Assembly (NCBI GenBank): GCA_014905635.1
Contig: JABVCE010000002.1
Location: forward strand, 434,001-498,000
Length of the DNA: 64,000 nt
Direction: 5' to 3'
From: Scenedesmus sp. PABB004
Taxonomy: Eukaryota
The notes below the pieces were generated by a model. That model worked only from the letters and a program-made list of their open reading frames with translations, had not been told where the DNA came from and made no database searches. Of the stretch, positions 44,715 through 57,742 are shown one piece after another (position 1 is the first letter of the stretch; the number at the start of each line of letters is the position of its first letter). Position numbers and translations under genes: made by a program.

Positions 44715-47700
44715 TCAGCGCGCTGCTGGCTGCTGCACCGTCGCCGCTGCCACACCTGCCGCACCCGCCGCACCCGCGTCGGCACCGCCCACACCCGCAC
44801 CCCCGGCGGCCGGGGCGCCGCCCGCGCCCGCGCCAGCGCCCGCGGCCGCGCCCGCGGCGGGGGCGGCGCCCGGGCGGCGCGCGCGCGGGTAGATGCTGCC
44901 TGGGATGGTCTCGTTGCAGGGCGTGAGCGCGCCGGTGCGGTAGTACTCGTCCCAGCACTCGATGTTCTGCGTCGCCTCGTTGATGTGCGACACGAGCGCG
45001 CGGACCATGTCGTTCTGCATGCGCTCCGGCGGCGCGCCGAGGCGCCGCGGCGGCGGCTTGCCGTACGTGCGCTTGTCAAAGCGCCAGTACCCAAACTTGC
45101 CTGCGACGGCGCGGCGGGGCGCGGGCGCGGCGGCGCAGCGGCGGCTCGCGTGGGGCTCGCGCAGCGGCCCGCGCGGCGGCGCGCGGCGCGGCGGCTCCCG
45201 GCGCGGCGCGGCGCGCGGGGCCTCGCGCGCGCGGCCCGCACCCGGCGTGTGGCGGCCGTCTGCGGTGAAGTCGTTGCCGTAGGTGTAGTGCAGGATGCAG
45301 TAGGGCTTGCCCGGCGAGAGGGCCATCTTGTTGTCCCAGGGCGGCTGGGCCATGAGGTGCATGACCAGGTCCACGTGCCTCACGCCCGTGACGTAGAGGG
45401 AGATCGTGAACGCGTACATCTCCTGGACCCACCCCCACTTCTGCGCGGCGTGGCGGTGCGCGGCGTGCGCGCGCGGGCGGGCGAGGAGAGGGCGGCGCGC
45501 GCGGGCGTGAGCGGCGCGCGGCGCGGCCGCGGCTGTTTGCTTGCGCCAACCCCCGCCGCCGCGGCGGCCGCCGCCGCGGCCGCCGCGGCGCGCCTCGTTG
45601 GCCTCCTTGTCTGTGAAGATCGCGACGCTCATGTTCTGCCAGAGCGGGACCATCGCGCGCATCTGCGCCATGCTGAGGAAGGTGGGGCTGTTCCCGATCG
45701 GCGCGATCGCCTCCGCCTCGGCCTTGGTCAGCTTGCCGCCCGGCACAAACTTGGCCACGATCGGCACGTACTCGTCCTGCAAGGCAGGAGGGGGTGGGGT
45801 GCGGTGGCGGCGGCTCGCGCGCCCACCCACAGACGCGTCCGCGCCTGCCCGGCTCTCTCCCCCGCGCCGCGCCGCGCCGCGCTCTGCCCCCGCGCCGCGC
45901 CGCGCCTTGTGGGGCTCTATGTAGAAGAACGGGCTCGCCGCGGGCCAGGCGTCCTTGCGCATGAAGTTGGGTATCGGGCGCAGGAAGATGTGGTCCGGCT
46001 CGCTCATGAGCACATACTCCTCCTCAATCGACGCGGAGCGCAGCCACTGCAGGAACGCGTACGGCCTGCGCGGCGGCGCGCCGCGGCGGCGCGGCGGCGG
46101 GCGTGTGAGCCGCGCGGCTGGCTCCGCCCGCGCGCTGCCTCGGCCTCAACCACGGGGCCTGCGCACAGCCGCAGCCCCCCACAGCCCCACCCACACACAA
46201 GCATCCCCCGCCGCCACACCACACCACACCACACCACGCGCGCCTGTTGAGCACGGGGTAGTACTCGTGCGGCACGACGCTCTCTGGCAGCGGGGACGCG
46301 AGGAAGGTGGGGATCTCGTCCATGAGGTCGTCCCCCTCCCCGCTGTGCAGCAGGCGCGTGAAGCCGCCCATCTCGCACCCGGGAGACTTCTCGCACTCCG
46401 CCTTTTGCTTCAGGTACCTGCACGCACGGGCGGCGGCGGCGGACGAGGCGGCGGCGGGTCGCGCGCGCGGCGCCGCGCCGGCGGCCCGGGCGCGGCGGCG
46501 CCCGGCGCGCGCGCGCGCGCCCAGTCGGCGGCGCAGCGCGGCGCGGCGCGGCGTGGCCGCGGCGGCGCGCGCGCACGCACACACGCAACGCACCAGTAGT
46601 AGTGCACGCGCGTCTGCCAGTGCACCGCGGCGCCCTGGGCGGTGGTGATGACGTGGTAGCGGCGGACCTTCTTGTCGGCCGGCTCCACCGGCTCGCCGAC
46701 CGCCTCCTCCGCGTCGGGGCCCACGATGCCGCTCGTCCAGCCGACCTCGGGGCCCTCGCGCGCGGGCTTGCTCGCGCGCGGGTGCACCTGCGCGGCGACG
46801 CGGCGGCGGCGGCGGCGCGCGGTGGCAGCGCGGTGGGCGGTGGCCGCTGGGCGGGGGCGGCGGCGGCCGCCGCCGGAGCACCGCCCCGCTCACCAGGTGC
46901 TTGAGCCAGCACTCCCGGTACTGCGCGCCGCAGTTGGCCTTGATGCCGCACCACACCCACACTGCGCGCGGCGCGCGGCGCGCGCGCCGCGTGGGCGCGC
47001 CGGCCAGCGCCGGCCGCCGCCGCGCTGCTGGCCGTCGCGCCGCCCGTCCGCCGCACCGTTGCAGGTGTGCGAGCCGGGCTTGTCTGGCTGGTGGTCGAGG
47101 CAGGCCTTGCAGCACTCGCCGGGCGTCTTGACGTGGAAGGACGACCCCCACTTCACGACGTCGCCCCACAGCCTGCGCGCGCCGCGCCGCACGCGCCGCG
47201 TCGGCCGCCGCCTCGGCGCGCTGCCGCGCGCCGCCCGCCAGGCCCCGCCAGCGCGCCGCCGCGCGCGCGCCGCTGCGCGCTGCTCACTCTGTGAACTCCA
47301 TCGCGTTGCACTCCTTGGCCGCCGGCGGCACGTTCTCCGTCACCGTGCTCAGCGCCTCCTGCTGCGGCTGCTGTTGTAGCTGCGTTGCCACCGCCGCCGC
47401 CGCCTGCTGCTGCTGCTGCTGGACGCCCGCGCCTGCGCGGCGGGAGCGGCGGCGGCCGGCGCGCCGTCGGGAGCGGCGGGGTTGGCCGCGCCGCCAACCT
47501 CCCAACCGCCGCCCGCCGCGCACGCAGACGCCGCGGGCCCTGCCACCAGCGCGGCCGCCGCGCCGCCCTCCGCCGCCCCGCCGCGGCGGCAAGCCCGCCG
47601 CGCCGCGCGCCGCCCCGCCGCGCCGCACCTGCGCCGCCCCCCGCGAGCAGCGGCTGCTGCTGCGCCCGGCGCGCGAGCGGCAGGTGCTCCACATGCTGCA

Positions 47701-47902
47701 CCGCCCGCTCGGCTATCTGCTCCACTGTCCGCCAGTCGCCGTGGGCGGGCAGGTAGGCGTGGTCGGCCGCGTCGCCGGCGGCGATGAGCGTCTGCAGCTC
47801 GTTGAGCGACACGAGCGTGCACAGCACCGCCAGGCAGGCCGCGATCGTGATGACCTGGTTGGGCTTGATCGTGCCCAGCGCGAGCGGCATGGCGCTGGGC
47901 AT
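44715..47902 (-). CDS. HPAT: Hydroxyproline O-arabinosyltransferase (GT95) with signal anchor and PAN/Apple-like domain
   Basis: WQTRVHYYWY, MGGFTRLLHSG..DLMDEIPT, YPVLNRPYAFLQW, EEYVLMSEPDHIF, PIGNSP, WGWVQEMYAF, ILHYTYG, WRFDKR. Upstream ECCKAC..CNVWVWC..ECWLK Cys pattern and an N-terminal hydrophobic anchor. Confidence 0.95.
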
Positions 47903-48265
47903 CAGCGCGCCCCCATCGGCCGCCGGCGGGCGGCGGCGGATGTCGACCGCTGCTGCTGCTCCCTGGAGCAGCGCCCGGCGCACGGGCTCTCTGCCGCTGA
48001 TAGATCGGGGCGGGCGATGCCAGGGACCCCTCTCGGCGTGGTGTGCAGCTGCGGCAGCGCGCGCGGACGCCGCGCACAGCGGCAGTTTGAGCCCAGCGGC
48101 GGTTCAGCGGGCGCAAGGTGACGAATGTTCAACACGCGCTGCTGCCCCGGCCCAGCGCAGTGCTCTGCCCCCCTCTCCCGCTGCCGCCGCCGTCGCCCCC
48201 ACCGCGACGGGCGCCGAGGGCCCGCACGGCCCGGCCCGGCACGGCGCCGCCCCGCACAGCCCCGG

Positions 48266-49191
48266 TCAGGCCTTGAGCTCCGTGAGCTTCAGCAGCCGCG
48301 CCTCGCGCGGGTTGAGCATGGTCTGGCCCAGCTTCCAGCCCACGCGCTCTGCCTGGCGCGCAAAGTCGGCGTAGAGGCTGTCCACGGCGCACTTGCTGCG
48401 CTCCAGCAGGCGCCGATGGTACTCGTTGCTCGCCTCCGCGCCCCACGGCAGCGCGACGGCCAGCCGCTTCCACGTCTCCCCCACCAGCGCCGCGCCCGTG
48501 AGCGGCGGCGCTGCGGGCGCGGCCGCGGCCTCCGCGCCCGCCGCGGCGCGCCGCCGGCGGCCAAACGGCCACACGCCGCCGCCGCCGCCGCGCGCGGGCG
48601 GCGCCCCGCCGGCGGCGGCCGCAGCGCCGCCGCGGTCGTCGCCGGCCGGCGCGGCGCCCAGCGGCGCCGCACTGACACCGGCGCCGGCGCCGTGGCTGGC
48701 GGCCGCGCCCGCGGCCGCGCCTCCGACCGCGGCCGCCGCCGTGTGGTGCTCGTCGTCGAGCATGTGGAGGTAGACGTGCGCGCTGAACGCAGCCTTCAGC
48801 ACGTCGCCGGGCGTCGCGCCCTGGCGCAGCAGGATGTGCACCTGCGGCGGCGGCGTGAGGCGCGGCGTGGGGCGCGGCGCGAGGCGCGGCGTGCGCCGTG
48901 CGCGGCGGGGCGCGGTGCGCGGGGCGGACCTTCTTGGTGTCGCCCCTGTAGGTGAGAATGAAGCGCTCCCCGCGGTGCAGCGCGGCCGCGTGCTGCAGGT
49001 CGGCGGGCGTCGCGCACGCCGCGTCGACGCGGCTGCCCAGCACGACGCGGCCCTGGTGGAAGCGGCCCCACGGCAGCAGCGGCTCGCGCTTGTTCGCCTC
49101 CTCCACGCCCGGCACCACGCCTGCGCGCGGCGGCAGCGGTGGCGGCGCCGCCGGTGGTGAGGCGCGCCGGGCCAGGCTGCGGCTGTGCCGT

Positions 49192-49232
<41 letters not shown>

Positions 49233-50332
49233 ACCCGTCGCGAGGAAGCGCGTCGCGGTGTAGGCGAGGCGCGCGCGGTTGAGGTAGGGCAGCTCCACGC
49301 TGTCGACCTCCTTGCGGCTCGCGACCAGGTAGCCGGCGCTGAGCGCGGCAAAGGTCGGCAGCATGGGCAGGCGGCCCTTGGAGAGCAGGATGCCGGCGAG
49401 CGTGCCGAGGATGTCGGCCAAGTTGGCCACGCTCTCGCCCTTGGCCGTCACGTCGGCCAGGTTGTTCTGCCGCGGCGCGGCGCGGCGCGGCGCGGGGTCG
49501 GGCGGGCGCGCGAGTGCGCGCTGCGGCAGCGGCGGGCAGCGGCGGGCGGGCGGGCGGGCAGCGGCGGGCGGGCGGGCGGGCAGCGGCGGGCGGGCGGCGG
49601 CGGCGGCCGCGGCGGTCGCGCACCTGCAGCGCAAACGTGCGGTAGATGGGCGCGCGCGTGCTGCTCGCGGCGACGGCGGCGAGGTTCTTGGCGAGGTTGG
49701 CGGAGCACGCGAGCGGCAGGAACAGGTGCGGCGCGAGGATGGTGGACAGCTCCAGCGCCGCGCCTGCGCGGCCGGGCGGCGTCGGGCGCGGCCGGGCGGC
49801 GGCGGCCGGCCGACAGGCGCCGCCCCCCGCCGGCGCCCCGCTCGCCCGGCCGGGCGCGGCGCACCTGCTTGCATGAGCAGGTCCCCGGCCAGCCTGAACT
49901 GCTTGAGCTCGCAGTCGAGCTCGCGGCCCCAGCGGGCAAAGAGGAAGCGCCCCAGCCGCCCCGCGCCGTCCTTCAGCACCCAGTTGATCGCCGCCGCGGC
50001 CTCGCCCTGGCGCGCGGGCCGGCGCGGTGGCGCGGGCGGGTCGGCGCGGGCCGCCGGCGCGTGCGGTGCGGTGTGCGGCGCGGCGGGGCGCCGGGACGGG
50101 TCGCCGAGGTGCGGCGTGCGGCGCACCGAGTGCCGGCCCGCGACGCCGAGGCTGGTGAGGAGGCACTTGGTGGTGAACACGCTCATCGCGCCGCCGAAGA
50201 AGTACTGCACGCCCCGCCAGCCCATGTAGCCCGCATACTGCGGCGCAACGCTCTCGGGGAAGCCCTGCGGCAGCAGGTAGCTGCGCACCATGCCCAGCAG
50301 CCGGCCCTGCGGCGTCTGGGGGTCGTCGACCT

Positions 50333-50364
<32 letters not shown>

Positions 50365-50661
50365 TGAGCGCGGCCCGGCTGTGCGGGCACGGCCCGGACC
50401 GCAACAAGCTGCGCACCATGTCAAAGCCCTCCCACGCGCGCCCGCTGTGCTTGTCCACGCCGCGGCGGATGTGGTACACGCGCTGCCGCCCGCCCGCGTC
50501 GGCCTCGAGGCACACCACGCCCGGGCCGCTCGCAGGGTTCTCGTGGCTGCCCCGCGTGCGCAGCTTGTTGCGGTCAGGGGGTGGCGCGGGCGCTGCCGCC
50601 GCCGCGTCCTGCTGCGCCCGCCGCGGCTGCCTGGCCTGCATCGGGCCGCCCTGCTGCTGCC

Positions 50662-50749
<88 letters not shown>

Positions 50750-51085
50750 CTGCCCCTGCTGCTGCGCGCCCACGACGATCAGCGGGGAGCGCTGCTGCTG
50801 CTCGATCCGGCCGGCCTCCGGCGGCTGCCCCGGCAGCTGGAACGGCAGCTGCACCCACGCCAGCGGCAGCCTCACCACCTGTGGCGGCTGCCCCTGCTGC
50901 TGCGCGCCGGCGGCCCCCGGCAGCTGCGCGCCCGCCAGCACGAGCGCGCCGAGCGCGGCGCCGCCGCCGTCGGCGCGCGGGGGCTCGCCGCCGTGCAGCT
51001 GCAGGCCCGGCACGGCGGCAAAGGTGACCCTCGCCGGCCGCCGGCCGCCCGGCCGGGCCGCCAGCTGCTGCTGCTGCTGCGCCAT
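48266..51085 (-). CDS. RUS (ROOT UVB SENSITIVE, DUF647) family protein, RUS6-like, with polyQ N-terminus
   Basis: SYLLPQGFPESVAPQYAGYMGWR, AINWVLKDGAGRLG, FLPLACSANLAKN, SSTRAPIYRTFA, NLADVTAKGE and LPYLNRAR. Start is tentative. Confidence 0.92.
50397..50575. repeat. Perfect 20-bp inverted repeat (50397-50416 / 50556-50575) covering the intron-1 donor of the RUS gene
   Basis: GACCGCAACAAGCTGCGCAC versus GTGCGCAGCTTGTTGCGGTC; 139-nt loop. Confidence 0.9.
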
Positions 51086-51629
51086 GCCGGCGCGCTGCCG
51101 CCGCGGCCGCCGCCGGCGCTGCTGCCGGCGGCGCTGCTGACGCTGCTGCCGCGCCTGCTGCCGCGCTGCGCCCCTCGCAAAGGCACAGCGACGGCGCTTT
51201 CACTCCGCTATCGGCGGCGAGCCGCGGGCGTCCGGTCGGGCTGCCAGGCGGCCAAACGCTTGCCCGAAGCGCTGCTGCTCGGGAGAGGCTGCGACAAAGC
51301 GCCGCGCCTGGCTCGGCAATCGGGAGAGCGCTGTGTGGTGTTGCTCGCTGCGCCGGCGGCGCTGTTCGGCGCCGCCGACAACGCGAGCGGGTTGCGAGCG
51401 GGTTAAGCGAACTGCCGCCCGGCGTCGGCGCCGTAGCAGGTGCCGCGCCCACCCTCCTCACACAGTCGTCGGAACAGGCGGCGGCCGCGCGAGCAGGCCA
51501 CAAGAGCGCGCGCGGCGACCGCGCAGCGCGCCGGCGCAGCAGCGCGCGCCCGCGCACGACGGGCACCGCCGCCGGCACCGTCCGGCAGCGTCCTGCTCCA
51601 CCCGACGCGGCCTGAGCGCGGCACACAGG

Positions 51630-52259
51630 ATGGACCGGCCCCCGGGCGGCGCCGGCGCGGCCGCGGCGGCGCCGCCGCGGCGCCGCATCATGCCGATCGC
51701 GGTGGAGCCCGCGGCGCCGGCGCCCGGCTTCGCGGTGGACGGCAGCGATCAGCCGCTGTGCGTTCCGCCCGCGCCGGCGCACGGCAGCAGCAAGGCGGTC
51801 TCGAGCAGCGGGCCGGGGCGGCGCGTGTTCGTGGACGTGCGCAACACCATCACCGTCAAGTGGAAGGACGTGAGCGCGCACCCCGGCCCGCGCGGGGGAG
51901 GCGCGGAGCGGGAGGGAGCAGCGGCGTGGCGCCGCGGCGCGGCACGCGCAGCAGCAGCAGCTGCTGTCGGCGCGGGCTTCGAACCGCGGCCGCGCCGGGC
52001 GCCGCAGGTGCTGCGCCAGCAGGGCCTGGACTACCGCACCTGGCTGGACGACGTGGCCAAGAAGCGCCGCGCGCTGGCGGGCGCCGAGGTGGGCGCCCGT
52101 GGCGCAGCGGGCGCGCGCCGCGCTGCCGTGCGCTGCCAACCGCCGACCGCCAACCGCCGACCGCGCGCAGGGCGCCGAGGCCAAGCGCCAGGGCGTCACG
52201 GGGCGCGTGTATGAGCGCGTGCAAGGGCTGTACGAGGTGCGGCGGCGGCGGCGGCATCA

Positions 52260-52323
<64 letters not shown>

Positions 52324-55300
52324 GGCGGTGCCGCAGCGCAGCGGCCGCGCTCGAACGCCCCGCTGCCGCTGCCGTGGCGCCGCCGCAGGCGTCAGGCAGT
52401 GGCAGCGGCAGCGAAGACGACGAGACCGGCTCAGAGCAGGCGGCCGAGGTGGGGCGGGGGCGGCCGGCGCGCGCTGCACGCGCGGGGCGGCGCGCGGCCG
52501 CCGGGCGCCGACAGCGCCCGGCCGCCCCCGCCGCGCGCCGCGGCCCCGCAGGGCGCGCCCGGCGCGCCCGGCGACGACGGCGAGGGCGCGGCGTCGTCGG
52601 GCGAGGAGGAGGAGGAGGAGGACGACGACGACGAGCCCGGCGAGCCGGGGGGCGAGATCGACCTGGACACCGAGGCCGAGGCCGAGGGCGCGCGGCGCCG
52701 CGCGCCGCACCCCAAGCGCCAGCGCTTTGAGCGCTACGACGAGGACTTTATCGACGACAGCGAGCTCGAGATGGTCAAGGGCGCCGCCGCGGCGAGCACC
52801 AAGTTCAGCGGCTTCTACGTCAACGCGGTGCGGCCCGCCGCGCAGCGCCGCGCCGCCCGCCGCGCCACGCGGGCGCCCCGCGCGCGGCCAGCCCGCACCT
52901 CCAACGCGGCCGCGCGCGCGCAGGGCGGCGTCGAGACGCTGGACGCGCTGCCCCGGCCGCGCGCCAAGCCCAAGCCGCGCGCCCTCAAGGTGCAGCAGGC
53001 GGACGGCGGCGCGGGCGCGGGCGCGGGCCCCGCCGCCAAGAAGCGCAAGGACACGCCGGCGGCCGAGGGGGAGGCTGGCGGCGAGGCGGCGCCCAAGAAA
53101 AAGCGGCAGCGCAGCGAGACGCCGGCGGCGGCGGCGGCGGCGGACAAGCCGCCCGCGGGCAAGAAGGTGGGCCGCCGCGCAGCACCCGTGCAGCTGCTCG
53201 GCAGTGGCTGCTCGCGCCTCGCGCCTCGCGCCTCGCGCCGGCCTCACCCGCGGCTGCGGCGCCCGCAGGCCAAGCCCGCGGCGCCCGGCCAGCAGCAGCC
53301 GGCGCCGGCCGGCGCCGGCGAGGGCGCGGCCGCGCCGCCCGCGGCCGCAGCCGGCGGCGGCACGGCGGCGCAGGCGATCGCCATGGGTGAGCAAGCAGCG
53401 CGAGCGGGCAGGGGGGCGTGCGCCCGCCGGCCCGCGCTGACCCGCCCCTGCCTGCACCCCTGCGCCCGCAGCGGTGGCGGCGGCCAAGAACAGGAAGCCC
53501 CCACCCACAGCGGCCGGCGCCGCGGCCGAGGCGCCGGGCCAGGTGCCATCCGCAGCTGCCTCGACACCGGAGCCGCCGCTCGCGACCAAGGGCAGCGAGC
53601 CGTCACGGCGGGCGTCGCCGGCCAAGCAGGGCTCGCCGGCCAAGCAGGGCGCCGCCCTGGCGGCGCAGGCCGCCATGGCGGAGCAGGCCGCGGCAGGCGG
53701 CGCGACAGCACAGGCCGAGGCGGCGGGGCTGCCCGTGCCCGTGCGCGAGGCGGTGGCGGCACTGCAGCACGCGGTGGAGGAGGTGGGTGCGACCCGGGGC
53801 GCGGCTGCGTCGCCCGGCCGCCCGCGCCGCGCGGCCGGCCGCGGGTGCAGCAACCGCCGCCCGCCGCTCTGCGCGCCCACGCCCGCAGCACAAGCCGCCT
53901 GCGCCCGGCACCCTGGCCAGCGCGCCGGCGATGAGCAGGGCGGTGCGGCGCGCGCTGGACCAGCTGGGTCACGTCTTTGCCTCGCTGCCGGCGGACGCGC
54001 GGGTGCGTGCGCAGGCTGCGCGCGCGCGCGCGGGGCGCGGGGCGCCGCCGCGGGCTGCACCGCGCGCGACGCCCCGCACCCCGCGCCCCGCGCAGGGCGC
54101 GAGCACGGAGGCGCTGCTGGGCGTGGCGCGGCCGCTGATGCTGCCGTACATGCGGGACAAGAAGCTGCGCCGCATGCTGCTGGAGGACCCCGCGCGCACG
54201 CTGCAGACACTGCGCGACACGCGCGCCGCGCTCGTCGACGAGCTGCGCGCGATGGGCGGCGCCGCGGGCGCGGGTGCGCGCGCGCGGCCGCGCTGCCGCG
54301 CGCCGCGTCGCGCCGCACGCTGACCGCCCGTCCGCGGACCGCCCACGCGCGTGCGCGCCCGCGCGCGTGCGCGCCCCTAGGCGACGACGACGATTTCCAG
54401 GTGCAGTGGAGCGTCGAGGCAGAGACGCGGCTGGTGGCGGCGTGGAACGCGGCGCAGAACCTGACGAACGAGCTCGCGGAGCTCGCGCAGGGCGCGGCCG
54501 CGGCGCTGGGCTGGGCCCATGTGCAGGTGGGGCGGCGCGCGCGCAGGCCGCGAGCGGGCAGCCGCGCGGGGCGGCTGCCGACGTGCCGGCCCGCCCGCCT
54601 GCCGTGCCGGCGGCCTCAGGGCAAGCCCGACGAGGCGGTGAATGAGCTGAGGCAGATCTACACCAGGGCCAAGCGCCACCTGGCCAAGATCAGCAAGCCC
54701 CCCACCAGCCAGGGCGGCGACGCCCCGCCGCGCGGCAGCAGCGTGGCGCGTGCGTCGCCGTCGCCCGACGCGCAGGGGGGCGGCGGCGGCACGCCGGGCG
54801 CGACGCCGCAGAAGCCGCCGCAGCCGCCGGCGGCGGCCGCGCTGGCCGAGGGCGGCGCTGCAGCGGGCGCGGGCGAGCCGGCGGCGCCGGGCGCCGCCGC
54901 GAGCGGGCAGGCGGCGGCGCCAAAGGAGCGGTGGAGCGACATGCGGGGTGCGTGCAGCGCTGGCCGCGCTCGCTGCGGGGGTTGTGCAGCTCCGCGGCGG
55001 CAGGCGGTGCCCGCTCGGCGTCGTGGCGCGCAGCCAACGCGCCGCCGCCGCCGCCGCCGCCGTTCGTGCGCGCATTGCTCCTGCGCCCGCCCCCAGCGCC
55101 CAGCCCGCGCCTCGAGCGCTGCCTGGCGGCGGCGGAGGCCGCCGGCGCGCCGCGGGCGTGGCTGGCGGAGAAGTACGGCACGCTGCGCAGCGCCACGATG
55201 CACCAGGTCGGGCCCCGTGCCGCGCGCGTGCGCCGCCCGCCGCGCCGCGCGCCGACGGCGGGCACGGGCTGGTGTCACGCGCGCGCGCGCGCTCGTCCCC

Positions 55301-55736
55301 CTCTCCCTCCCCCTCCGCCGCAGCTCTTCCGCACGCTGTGCGTGGCCGGCCCCGCCGGCGCGGAGCTCAAGGCGCTGCCGGCCGCGGCGGCGGGCGCGGG
55401 CCTGGGCTTTGACCTCGGCGCGGCGCCGCGCCAGACGCTGCGCAACAGCCTCGCGAGCGGGACGATGGCGTCCGTGGCGGGCGCGCCCGGTGCGCGGCTG
55501 CCGCGCGCGCGGCCGGCGCGCGCGCGCGCGCCCCAGCGCTCACGCGCGCTGGGCGCCCGCCGCGCGCGCGCGCTCTGCGCGCAGGCGCCAACGCCCAGGC
55601 GTACGCGCTGCTCTGCTTCGACGGCGTCCAGCGCATCCCGCCGAAGCACCCCAAGCCCGCGCCCGCCGCCACGGGGGCCGCGGACGGCGCGGACGGCGGC
55701 GGCGGCGCCGGCGGCGGCAGCGGCGCTGTGGAGTGA
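51630..55736 (+). CDS. Ubinuclein/HPC2-like HIRA-complex subunit (HRD/HUN domain) with possible C-terminal winged helix
   Basis: YDEDFIDDSELEM..TKFSGFYVNAGGVE matches the HRD motif; N-terminal TITVKWKDVL resembles plant UBN; multi-exon. Confidence 0.75.
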
Positions 55737-56118
55737 GCGGGCGGGGCGGGCGGGCGGCGCGCGCAGGCCGAGCGCACGCGAGTTGGTTGCGGGGGTTGGG
55801 CAGGCGCGCGGCTCGGCGCGGCGCGGCGGCGAGAGCCGCGGGGCCAGAGGCGGCAGCGAGCAACTCCCCGCTGCGTACGACCGTGCCTGGGCTGATCGCA
55901 CGCACCCACGGCCTGCGGGGTTTGGGGGCGTCTGCCCACCCACTGCCATGCCGCGCCTAGACGCACCCCGCTCGCCCACAGTTAGGGTGGTCAGGCTCTC
56001 CACAGACAGGCCGTAGGGAGGCTCCATCACCGCGGCACGCAGCGCAGCGCAGGCGGGCCGGTGCCCGCGCCCGCAGGCCGCAGCGGCCGCGCGGGGTAGG
56101 TCGTGACCGCGATCGTGA

Positions 56119-56966
56119 ATGTCTGCCTTTGCCGCCGCGGCGGGGGCGGCCATGAGCAAGGGCTGCAGCGGCGAGGGGGCGCCCGCCCTGCTGCTGGAGC
56201 CCTCCTACTCGGCCTGCGCCTACAGCTCCGTGGCGTCCGAGGTGAGGCGGCGCAGGGTCGCTCGTGCAGGATGCGCGCGGCGGCGGCGTGAACGGGCGCG
56301 GAACGGCGCGCTGGAGAAGTCGGTTCAGGAATGCCGCGCTCCCCGCGGCGCGCCCGCAGTCGGTCTTCGAGGCCGAGGGCTCGCAGGAGACGCTACTGTC
56401 CACGGAGGCGCCCCTGGACAGGGAGCCCAGCTCGTTCTCGGACAGCGGCAGCGCCCCGGGCTTCAGCGGGCCTGCAGCGGCCTGGCGCGCCGCCTTTCCT
56501 GGCGCGCCCGAGGCCGGCGCCGAGCAGGAGGGCCGGCTGGACCTGCTGGACATGATACGGTGCGCGCGGGCAGCAGCGTCAACCGGCCGCGAGCGCTGCG
56601 GCAGCGCCCAACCACGGCAGGGCGTGCAGCTGCCCAACGCGCTGCGCGCCGCGCGCCGCCGCCGATCGCCGCCGCCGCGCCGCCGCCGGCAGGAACCACA
56701 TGGCCGTGGAGCGCGCGGTGCAGCCGGCGGCACGCTTCCTCGACGCGCACGCGGCGGGCGGCGGCGCCGAGTTCCTCACGCCCGGCATGCGCACGATCGT
56801 GGTCAGCTGGATGGTCGAGGTGGCAGAGGAGTTCAGGCTGCAGCAGGAGACGCTGCACCTCGCCATAGGCCTGCTCGACCGCTTCCTGGGCAGCACGCAG
56901 GTGCGCACGCGGCAGCGGGCGCGGCGCGGCGCTGCCAGTGCCGCCGCGCGGCGTGCGACGCGCCCC

Positions 56967-57004
<38 letters not shown>

Positions 57005-57742
57005 CCGCCCGTGCAGGACGTCCCGCGCTGCGTGCTGCAGCTGCTGGCGGTGGCGTGCATCCTGCTGGCCGCCAAGGACCTGGAGGTTACGCAGCCGTCC
57101 GTGGAGCAGCTCTGCGCGGTCACGGCCAACCACTTCAAGGTGCGGCGGCGCCCGCGCAGGCCGCGCCGCGCGCAGGCGAGACCGCGCCGCGCCGCCGACG
57201 CCCGCCGCCCGCGCGCGCCGCAGCCGTGCGACCTGCTGCGCATGGAGCGCATCGTGCTGGACGTGCTTGACTTTTCGCTCACCAGCCCCACCAGCTACAC
57301 CTTCCTGCACCTCCTCGCGCAGGCCTGCGCGGCCTGCGTCACGCCGGCCGTGCTCTCGCTCGCGATGTACCTGTGCGAGCTCGCGGCGCTCGACTACGAG
57401 GGCATGGCCGGCCACGCCCACAGCGCGCGCGCGGGCGCGGCGCTGCTGCTCGCGCAGCTCACGCTCGGCGGCGCGCACGCGCTCGGCGCGCTCGCGCGCG
57501 TGCTCGCCGCGGCGGGCCTGCCGCCGCGCGCGCTCGGCGGCTGCATGCACGCGCTGCACGCGATCCAGCGCGGCGCGGCGCACGCGCACGCGCTCGCCGC
57601 GCCCGGCTGCGCGCCGGGCGAGGCGGGCGACCTGCTCGCGCCGCTGCGCGCGAAGTTTGGCGCGCCGTGCTGGTGCGAGGTGTCGGCGCTGCCGCCGCTC
57701 GCAGAAGTGCCGCCGCCGCAGTTCTGGGCGGCGTGCGCGTGA
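56119..57742 (+). CDS. A/B-type cyclin (CYCAB1/SDS-like divergent cyclin)
   Basis: Cyclin box [73 protein letters not shown]. Start may be 56119 or 56152. Confidence 0.93.

Noticed and set aside
50645..50765. Long CAG/polyQ tracts (also ~16185-16256, ~44500-44530, ~62282-62326) and (GGC)n at ~52260-52320
   Set aside because: Ordinary microsatellites that are common in chlorophyte genes.
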